Positions 1-4,853 of a DNA stretch of 4,853 nucleotides are shown in pieces (position 1 is the stretch's first letter; every line of letters starts with the position of its first letter). A program made the position numbers and the translations under genes. The notes under the pieces are model-generated. The model did not search any database. It saw nothing but the letters and a program-made list of their open reading frames with translations, and was not told the DNA's origin. Origin of the DNA: a virus (Duplodnaviria > Heunggongvirae > Uroviricota > Caudoviricetes); IMG/VR virus record IMGVR_UViG_2681813316_000023, positions 1-4,853 of that record. One strand, written 5' to 3'.

Positions 1-1
1 T

Positions 2-121
2 ATAAAAGACAGTCTGACACTGGGACTGAATGCGCTGACGCTGACGGATGTTACAAAAAATGCAGCGTATGGCGTTGAGATAGAAAGTCTGATGCTGGAG
101 ATAAATGCACCGGCAGCATAA
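2..121 (+). CDS. 3' end of an upstream gene (partial, last 39 codons, ends ...LEINAPAA); product unknown, possibly the late-region gene preceding the lysis cassette
   Basis: Only frame 2 is open from the window edge to TAA at 119-121 (followed by a second TAA at 122-124); the other + frames hit stops within ~75 nt. Too short to assign a family. Confidence 0.3.
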   Translation: MKDSLTLGLNALTLTDVTKNAAYGVEIESLMLEINAPAA

Positions 122-158
122 TAAAAAAAGCCAGCGCCCACTCTGAAGGACGCTGGCT
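121..158 (-). terminator. Intrinsic-terminator-like hairpin oriented for the minus strand (stem 129-136/151-158, A7 tract on the + strand = U tract on the minus transcript)
   Basis: agccagcg (129-136) pairs perfectly with cgctggct (151-158), with two further C:G pairs possible inside the loop; the T/U run lies only on the minus-strand side. Confidence 0.5.
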
Positions 159-333
159 AAAACGGGTAGATGTACTTCACATGATACTTATATTTGGCAG
201 TACATTTTCTGACAGACAGTGACGGATGTTGTCAAGATATTGTGTCATTTATAACCTGAATCAGGGGTTGGTCGGAATGTTATCTGGCATTTTTAGCAGA
301 GCCTGAATGCCATAATCACGGCTCCCGGAGTTG

Positions 334-368
334 GCCGTCAGTGGGTGACACTGGCGGCTTTTTGTTTT
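334..368 (+). terminator. tR'-like rho-independent terminator in the late leader immediately upstream of the holin
   Basis: 10-bp stem gccgtcagtg (334-343) / cactggcggc (349-358) with one G:U, 5-nt loop ggtga, followed by TTTTTGTTTT (359-368). Confidence 0.6.
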
Positions 369-413
369 CCTTTACTTTCATTTTCTGTCGGCGGTGACGG
401 AGACATACATCAG

Positions 414-620
414 ATGGAAAAAATCACAACGGGTGTGTCATACACCACGTCAGCGGTGGGGACGGGATACTGGTTACTGCAGCTGCTGGACAAAGTCTCT
501 CCGTCCCAGTGGGTGGCAATAGGTGTACTGGGGAGTCTGCTGTTTGGCCTGCTGACGTATCTGACTAACCTGTATTTCAAAATCAGGGAGGACCGCCGTA
601 AGACGGCGCGGGGAGACTAA
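414..620 (+). CDS. S: Class II holin (pinholin, phage 21 S21 / E. coli essD family), 68 aa
   Basis: Translation [68 protein letters not shown] closely matches my recollection of S21(68)/EssD: two TMDs, the first Gly/Ala/Ser-rich, and a charged C-terminus ...[13 protein letters not shown]. Start placed at ATG 414, not the track's GTG 345, because GTG 345 lies inside the terminator hairpin and homologues begin at M-(D/E)-K. GGAG at 399-402. Confidence 0.85.
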   Translation: MEKITTGVSYTTSAVGTGYWLLQLLDKVSPSQWVAIGVLGSLLFGLLTYLTNLYFKIREDRRKTARGD

Positions 621-624
621 AGCG

Positions 625-1614
625 ATGAAGAAAAAATACGAACTGGTTGTTAAAGAGATAAATAATTACCCGGATAAGATTGCTGTTACTGTGGCACTTG
701 AAATTGGCGGGCATCCGTCGTTGTTGTTGCCACATGTGGCGATTAGTCTTGACCGTACTGAAGGTGCCACGCTGGAGTTCTACGAAGCTGAGGCGAAAAA
801 ACAGGCGAAGCAGTTTTTCATGGATATTGTTGCCGGGTTATGCGAAGGGGATGAACCGTCACCGGAAAAGCGCCCCGTAATTTTAGATGCGCAGGATGTA
901 TTGATAACCTACAAAGGAAAGCTACCGGGAAGAATTACTTGTTCTCTGAAGATGCCGCCGTCAACACTGCGGTCAGAAAAAGATGATGTTGAATCGCGTA
1001 TTGAAAAACTGGAGTGCTATATCGCTGAATTGAAAAAAAGCACCCCAACAAAAAATGAGGTGCTTGCAGCAGACGAAATGAAAGAAGCTATTCCTGATCG
1101 CGCGGCGAATCTAAGCTGCGCTTCATGGTTGAAAGAGCATCTTCAGCAGCCTGAAAAAAAACGCCGCGATGAGCAGTTTGCTGCGTTTTACGATTATTGC
1201 CGGAAAGTGATGAGCAGAAATCTCGCAGAGTGTTTCAGTATTCATAATGATAATTTCAGTGACCTGGAATGGGAGTGTAACCGGCCATCCTTTGTTGTAT
1301 CCGGTGATGCTGGGAAAATAACCATCTCAGAAAATGGAAAAGTAACACCGCCATCGCACCAGCATAGTGAGGAGCTCATTGAATTTGCCATTGATTACCT
1401 GAAGAACAATAAAAAGCAGGGGCTGATGAAGTGCATTGGTCGTTGCATGGGATATCTGCAGATAGCTGCTGAGATTGAAGCGCTGGCCAGTGGTGCGGAC
1501 AAGGATGCAGTTGTGCGGAAGGCTCTTCTTCGTGATTTTGATAATCCGCCCTTTAAAAAAGTGCCGGCTTACTGGTTTCATCCAGGACTGACTTATCTTA
1601 AAGGACGTATATAA
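625..1614 (+). CDS. Hypothetical 329-aa soluble protein inserted between holin and endolysin (moron/cargo gene); family not recognised
   Basis: Uninterrupted 329-codon ORF co-oriented with the lysis genes; ATG 625 lies 4 nt after the holin stop, with GGGAGA at 611-616. No signal peptide or TMD evident. Charged coiled-coil-like middle (about residues 110-180) and a Cys-containing C-terminal half. Confidence 0.75.
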   Translation: MKKKYELVVKEINNYPDKIAVTVALEIGGHPSLLLPHVAISLDRTEGATLEFYEAEAKKQAKQFFMDIVAGLCEGDEPSPEKRPVILDAQDVLITYKGKLPGRITCSLKMPPSTLRSEKDDVESRIEKLECYIAELKKSTPTKNEVLAADEMKEAIPDRAANLSCASWLKEHLQQPEKKRRDEQFAAFYDYCRKVMSRNLAECFSIHNDNFSDLEWECNRPSFVVSGDAGKITISENGKVTPPSHQHSEELIEFAIDYLKNNKKQGLMKCIGRCMGYLQIAAEIEALASGADKDAVVRKALLRDFDNPPFKKVPAYWFHPGLTYLKGRI

Positions 1615-1656
1615 GCTGGCTCGTTATCTGTTGCCGATAAATCCTGATAAATATCC

Positions 1657-2190
1657 ATGAACACCAAAATCAAATACGGCCTGTCGGCTGCCGTTCTGGC
1701 GCTGATTGCCGCTGGTGCGCCTGCGCCTGACATTCTCGACCAGTTTCTGGATGAAAAGGAAGGTAACCACACCACGGCATACCGTGATGGTGCGGGGATC
1801 TGGACCATCTGCCGTGGTGCCATCATGGTGGATGGTAAACCTGTTGTTCCAGGCATGAAGTTGTCGACGGCAAAATGCGCTCAGGTTAACGCCATTGAGC
1901 GTAATAAGGCGCTGGCATGGGTGGAGAAAAACATCAAAGTGCCATTGACCGAACCACAGAAAGCGGGGATTGCGTCATTCTGTCCGTACAACATTGGCCC
2001 CGGTAAGTGTTTCCCGTCGACGTTTTATAAACGAATTAATGCAGGCGATCGCAGGGGGGCGTGTGAGGCGATTCGCTGGTGGATTAAGGACGGTGGCAGA
2101 GACTGCCGTATTCGCTCAAACAACTGTTACGGTCAGGTATCCCGTCGCGACCAGGAGAGTGCGCTGGCGTGCTGGGGAATTGACAGATAA
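1657..2190 (+). CDS. R: SAR endolysin, T4-lysozyme-like muramidase (GH24), phage 21 R21 / P1 Lyz family, 177 aa
   Basis: N-terminal weakly hydrophobic Gly/Ala-rich signal-anchor-release segment YGLSAAVLALIAAGAPAP. Catalytic triad in the canonical context E35-G-N...R-D44-GAG-IW-T50. Downstream conserved blocks ...KINAGD..GACEAIRWW... match GH24 SAR endolysins as I recall them. Confidence 0.9.
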   Translation: MNTKIKYGLSAAVLALIAAGAPAPDILDQFLDEKEGNHTTAYRDGAGIWTICRGAIMVDGKPVVPGMKLSTAKCAQVNAIERNKALAWVEKNIKVPLTEPQKAGIASFCPYNIGPGKCFPSTFYKRINAGDRRGACEAIRWWIKDGGRDCRIRSNNCYGQVSRRDQESALACWGIDR

Positions 2191-2280
2191 GCAGAATATT
2201 TTGCTGAAAAATGCGGTTTGCTCACACGGACGGATAACACGAAATCCTGCGAACTGACAAAAACTAAGAGAATAAAAGTA

Positions 2281-2320
2281 AAAACCCCGTTTGTTGGCTG
2301 CAAGCGGGGTTTTGTGTTTC
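2281..2320. terminator. Strong hairpin / bidirectional intrinsic terminator between the endolysin and the Rz module
   Basis: aaaaccccgtttg (2281-2293) pairs with caagcggggtttt (2301-2313) around a 7-nt loop; A run before and T-rich tract (ttttgtgtttc) after. Confidence 0.6.
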
Positions 2321-2349
2321 CTGACTCCGGAAAAGTCAAAGGAGAAAGT

Positions 2350-2487
2350 GTGTTTGATTTTAGCAAACTGATTCGGGAGATTCGAGTGATGGCTGAAAAA
2401 TTATCCACCTGGAAGTTCATTCTTATCTGGCTGGTGTTTGTGATTATGGCCTCCGGTTATTTCATCGGTCAGATACGCTGGTGGTGA
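2350..2487 (+). CDS. Small single-TMD membrane peptide (45 aa from GTG 2350, or 32 aa from ATG 2389), translationally coupled to Rz; function unknown
   Basis: AAAGGAG (2338-2344) lies 5 nt upstream of in-frame GTG 2350; a second in-frame start ATG 2389 follows GGGAGA (2375-2380). Product ...MAEKLSTWKFILIWLVFVIMASGYFIGQIRWW has one ~21-residue hydrophobic helix. TGA 2485-2487 is 1 nt from the Rz ATG 2489. Confidence 0.35.
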   Translation: MFDFSKLIREIRVMAEKLSTWKFILIWLVFVIMASGYFIGQIRWW

Positions 2488-2488
2488 A

Positions 2489-2926
2489 ATGAACCGCGTA
2501 CTGTGCGTGGTCATCATTGCCCTGCTGGTGGCCTGTGGTGCGCTTAGTCTGGGGCTGAATCATTACCGTGATAACGCCATAACCTACAAAGAGCAGCGCG
2601 ATAAAGCCACATCCACAATCGCTGATATGCAGAAGCGTCAACGTGACGTAGCAGAACTCGATGCCAGATATACAAAGGAGCTTGCTGATGCTAACGCGAC
2701 TATCGAAAGCCTCCGTGCTGATGTTTCTGCTGGGCGTAAGCGCCTGCAAGTCGCCGCTACCTGTGCAAAGTCAACGACCGGAGCCAGCGGCATGGGCAAT
2801 GGAGAAAGCCCAAGACTTACAGCAGATGCTGAACTCAATTATTACCGTCTCCGAAGTGGAATCGACAAGATAACCGCGCAGGTCAACTACCTGCAGGAGT
2901 ACATCAGGACGCAGTGCTTAAAATAA
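2489..2926 (+). CDS. Rz: Rz i-spanin (inner-membrane spanin subunit), 145 aa
   Basis: N-terminal TMD followed by NHYRDNAITYKEQRDKA...MQKRQRDVAELDARYTKELADA...AGRKRLQV, near-collinear with lambda Rz as I recall it. Contains the embedded +1-frame Rz1. Confidence 0.9.
   Translation: MNRVLCVVIIALLVACGALSLGLNHYRDNAITYKEQRDKATSTIADMQKRQRDVAELDARYTKELADANATIESLRADVSAGRKRLQVAATCAKSTTGASGMGNGESPRLTADAELNYYRLRSGIDKITAQVNYLQEYIRTQCLK
2688..2873 (+). CDS. Rz1: Rz1 o-spanin (outer-membrane lipoprotein spanin subunit), 61 aa, embedded in the +1 frame of Rz
   Basis: AAAGGAG (2674-2680) sits 7 nt before ATG 2688. Signal peptide MLTRLSKASVLMFLLGVSA with lipobox L-G-V-S-A-C, then a Pro-rich mature region CKSPLPVQSQRPEPAAW...LNSIITVSE resembling lambda Rz1. 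ATG 2661 from the ORF track was not used (no SD, over-long signal peptide). Confidence 0.8.
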   Translation: MLTRLSKASVLMFLLGVSACKSPLPVQSQRPEPAAWAMEKAQDLQQMLNSIITVSEVESTR

Positions 2927-2963
2927 TTTTAATTTCACTGAAATTTAATACGTGACTTTCAGG

Positions 2964-2992
2964 AAAATGCCTCGCAGATGCGGGGCATTTTT
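2964..2992 (+). terminator. Rho-independent terminator closing the lysis operon
   Basis: Stem tgcctcgc (2968-2975) / gcggggca (2980-2987) with one G:U, 4-nt loop agat, flanked by AAAA (2964-2967) and TTTTT (2988-2992). Confidence 0.7.
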
Positions 2993-3285
2993 GTACAGGT
3001 ATTTCACCGCGCACCGCAGTGCACTCAACCACGTCGAACCAAACCCTTTGGAATGAGCCTTTGAGTAGTCAGTTAGTGCTGGTGAGCCTTGACGGGCTGA
3101 TCTCCTATGCAGCAAAGGTTCATCTCAAAGTAAGGCGAACGCTATGACAAACCAAGATTCTATAGACCTATCTGATCTTCGTGGAATGGTCAGTTTTCCA
3201 GACAAAAGGTAATCACCATAGTCGTATGGCTATGAATCTTGTTGCTGCAGATAAGCATTTTGTGATTGAAGTGGTCAAATCTCTC

Positions 3286-3342
3286 AAATGCAGTAAAATG
3301 CAGTGCGCTATAATTCAATAACGGAGGGAGTAAGGAGAAGTC
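3286..3342 (+). promoter_or_regulatory. Putative promoter/operator and RBS of the island nuclease-like gene: tandem 9-mer AAATGCAGT x2, consensus -10 TATAAT, SD AAGGAG
   Basis: AAATGCAGT at 3286-3294 and 3296-3304 (10-bp register); TATAAT at 3309-3314; GGAGGG at 3323-3328 and AAGGAG at 3332-3337, 5 nt before ATG 3343. No clean TTGACA-like -35 was found. Confidence 0.35.
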
Positions 3343-3963
3343 ATGAAAGATCAAGATGTTAGGTTCGCGGTGCATCATAAGCTTTTGAAAGAATCGCATT
3401 TAGATCCAGACTGCCTTGTGGTCGATGAATTTTCCATATCCCTTGGCGCCAGTAGAGCAGACATTGCTGTAATAAATGGTGTTATACACGGGTACGAGCT
3501 CAAAAGTGAATATGACTCTTTGGAGCGTTTGCCTCTTCAAATCAAGCATTATTCTTCTGTAATGGACAAGGTTACTCTTGTCGTAGCTGAGAAACATCTT
3601 GAGGGAGCATTAAAGTTAATCCCAGGTTGGTGGGGCGTTAAAACGGTTTCTGTTGGGCCAAAAGGCGCCATTCTTATAAAGCACATGCGTGGAGAAAAGC
3701 TTAATCGAAACCATGACACATTGATGCTCGCTCAATTGCTTTGGAAAGATGAATGTATCGACGTACTTGAACGATGGGGCTATTCCAAAGGAATCAAAAG
3801 CAAGCCCCGATTTGAGTTATGGAATATTATTGCGGAAAATATTCCAATAGCGAATCTCAGGCTTGAAGTCAGAACAGCCTTAAAGAAACGCGTAGGCTGG
3901 AAAGTTAAGGCTTGGCAGGCTGAGTCTGCGCCAACCAATAAAGCTGTCTCACGACTAACGTAA
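3343..3963 (+). CDS. PD-(D/E)xK (restriction-endonuclease-fold, Hjc/Mrr-like) nuclease-domain protein, 206 aa, on an AT-rich island
   Basis: Long ORF in AT-rich DNA with a strong SD. Motif E29 (VVDEF) ... D40 (RADIAVING) ... E52-L-K54 (VIHGYELKS) is the arrangement of PD-(D/E)xK nucleases. The C-terminal ~110 residues are basic and Trp-rich with no motif I recognise. Confidence 0.75.
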   Translation: MKDQDVRFAVHHKLLKESHLDPDCLVVDEFSISLGASRADIAVINGVIHGYELKSEYDSLERLPLQIKHYSSVMDKVTLVVAEKHLEGALKLIPGWWGVKTVSVGPKGAILIKHMRGEKLNRNHDTLMLAQLLWKDECIDVLERWGYSKGIKSKPRFELWNIIAENIPIANLRLEVRTALKKRVGWKVKAWQAESAPTNKAVSRLT

Positions 3964-4774
3964 TATGGTGCGTATGTGCAACTTTACGCCATTCTTTAGA
4001 GCCGCCAGATTTGTTAGCGCCTAATGATCTTTGGTAAATGTAATCATCCCCCCAACTAAATTTGGAACCAAAGACTTGATACTCTGGCGAACTAACAAGG
4101 GTAGTACATAAGTTTTTAGTTTGGCCCCATCCATTTCCTTTAACTGCGGTACCTTTTACAAAGATCCATGAGGTATCGTTCGAATATCTCACTGAGACAT
4201 ACTGAGACATGAAGCGTGGGTCTACGCTCGTAATGGTAGAGCTAGCGGTGGGATAATCACTAAAACTTGGCGTTCTTCCATTGCTAAAATTCTGTACTAC
4301 GTACATCCAAAGATCGTATTCATGGCGCGGAATATGATGAACTTGATGTTGCGGTATCCCTGCCTGTGATGCTGGGTATGCGGTTGAAGATAAAATCAAG
4401 TTTCTCCACGGAGCTTGGCCTGATAATGTGTTGACCATGCTTAATGCTTGTTGTTTTAAACTATCAGTTGCGTTTTGAATATCTCCAAAATCAATGATTA
4501 CATCAATTAAACTAGGATGAATATTTAAGTGGTTAACCAGACTTGTGAATTGGTGCCATGTCTGGGGGGTGATAGATATAGCGAGCCCATTGATTAAGTT
4601 GCGTTGAACAGCATGTATATAGTTTGTTGAATATGCGGGAGAAACAACAGGGATAATTTCCTTACCATTTACTCTAGCATCTTGGATACACATATCTAGA
4701 GGATGATGGCGGCTCGAACCATGTTTATCTAAATATTTAACATCCAGCAAAACAGGACGATTGATCCTACCCAC
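3905..4774 (-). CDS. Hypothetical 289-aa protein on the AT-rich island, convergent with and 3'-overlapping the nuclease-like gene; function unknown
   Basis: 870-nt uninterrupted minus-strand ORF in AT-rich sequence, where long ORFs are unlikely by chance. First start is GTG at 4774 with no convincing SD (next ATG is codon 27), so the start is uncertain. No TMD or signal peptide; no motif I can assign. Confidence 0.65.
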   Translation of the reverse strand: MGRINRPVLLDVKYLDKHGSSRHHPLDMCIQDARVNGKEIIPVVSPAYSTNYIHAVQRNLINGLAISITPQTWHQFTSLVNHLNIHPSLIDVIIDFGDIQNATDSLKQQALSMVNTLSGQAPWRNLILSSTAYPASQAGIPQHQVHHIPRHEYDLWMYVVQNFSNGRTPSFSDYPTASSTITSVDPRFMSQYVSVRYSNDTSWIFVKGTAVKGNGWGQTKNLCTTLVSSPEYQVFGSKFSWGDDYIYQRSLGANKSGGSKEWRKVAHTHHITLVVRQLYWLAQTQPAKP

Positions 4775-4853
4775 GTAATATGGACACAGGCCTAAGCGAG
4801 GTTCTGGTTTTCAAATTGTTCCGGACTGAGGCCGCCACACCAACTGTGCCGCC

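Noticed and set aside
345-413. N-terminal extension of the holin ORF from GTG 345 (the 91-aa version in the ORF track)
   Set aside because: GTG 345 lies inside the terminator hairpin (334-368), there is no SD, and holin homologues as I recall them start at the M-(D/E)-K at 414.
680-880. 66-aa + strand ORF in an alternative frame inside the 329-aa gene
   Set aside because: Fully nested out of frame in a much longer ORF; Arg/Cys-rich composition typical of spurious frames; no RBS.
1327-1581. 84-aa minus-strand ORF antisense to the 329-aa gene
   Set aside because: Antisense to a longer, better-supported ORF; no RBS; low-complexity product.
1593-1856. 87-aa minus-strand ORF overlapping the endolysin start
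   Set aside because: Antisense to the well-supported SAR endolysin; an artefact of GC-rich sequence.
1970-2257. 95-aa + strand ORF in an alternative frame over the endolysin 3' end
   Set aside because: Out-of-frame overlap with the conserved endolysin; Arg-rich product typical of off-frame translation of GC-rich DNA.
2218-2349. Full 89-aa version of the small ORF starting at ATG 2218
   Set aside because: It would be translated straight through the terminator hairpin (2281-2320) with no SD; the strong SD/GTG at 2350 and the SD/ATG at 2389 are far more plausible starts.
2133-2420. 95-aa minus-strand ORF spanning the R-Rz insert
   Set aside because: Runs through the strong hairpin terminator and antisense to the small coupled ORF; no start context.
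2661-2687. Rz1 start at ATG 2661 as given by the ORF track
   Set aside because: No SD upstream and it would give a 28-residue signal peptide; ATG 2688 has a near-consensus SD and gives a 19-residue lipoprotein signal peptide.
2462-2838. Two minus-strand ORFs (2462-2749 and 2638-2838) antisense to Rz/Rz1
   Set aside because: Antisense to two overlapping, well-supported spanin genes; no RBS; Ala/Ser-rich products typical of antisense frames.
3000-3285. Possible bor-like lipoprotein gene, tRNA or small leader peptides in the non-coding stretch after Rz
   Set aside because: No ORF with a lipobox or signal peptide on either strand, no tRNA-like cloverleaf or T-loop motif seen, and the only ORFs are 8-31 codons with poor SDs. 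Treated as regulatory or non-coding sequence.
3190-3597. 69-aa and 65-aa minus-strand ORFs (3190-3399 and 3400-3597) overlapping the start of the nuclease-like gene
   Set aside because: Antisense to the promoter/RBS and 5' end of the 206-aa gene; no start signals.
1-4853. CRISPR arrays, IS elements/transposases, integrase or att sites
   Set aside because: No regularly spaced direct repeats, no terminal inverted repeats flanking a transposase-like ORF, and no recombinase-like ORF; the only repeat noted is the short tandem 9-mer at 3286-3304.

Overview
This window reads as the late (lysis) region of a phage-21/lambda-like lambdoid prophage of an enterobacterial host. The identification rests on recalled family resemblance of the translated ORFs, not on any database search. 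On the + strand the order is: the 3' end of an upstream gene; a leader region ending in a tR'-like intrinsic terminator; a 68-aa class II pinholin (S21-like); an unrecognised 329-aa gene inserted between holin and endolysin; a SAR-type GH24 endolysin (catalytic E35/D44/T50); a ~300-bp insert carrying a strong hairpin terminator and a small single-TMD ORF translationally coupled to Rz; then the Rz i-spanin with the Rz1 o-spanin lipoprotein embedded in the +1 frame, followed by a terminator. Downstream of Rz, where lambda carries bor, there is instead a ~1.8-kb AT-rich island (about 3000-4785). It holds two convergent, 3'-overlapping genes: a 206-aa protein with a clear PD-(D/E)xK (Hjc/Mrr-like) nuclease motif, and a 289-aa protein I cannot assign. 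This island is the best candidate for an undescribed accessory or anti-phage system, and the 329-aa gene between holin and endolysin is the second. No rRNA, tRNA, CRISPR array or transposase was seen.
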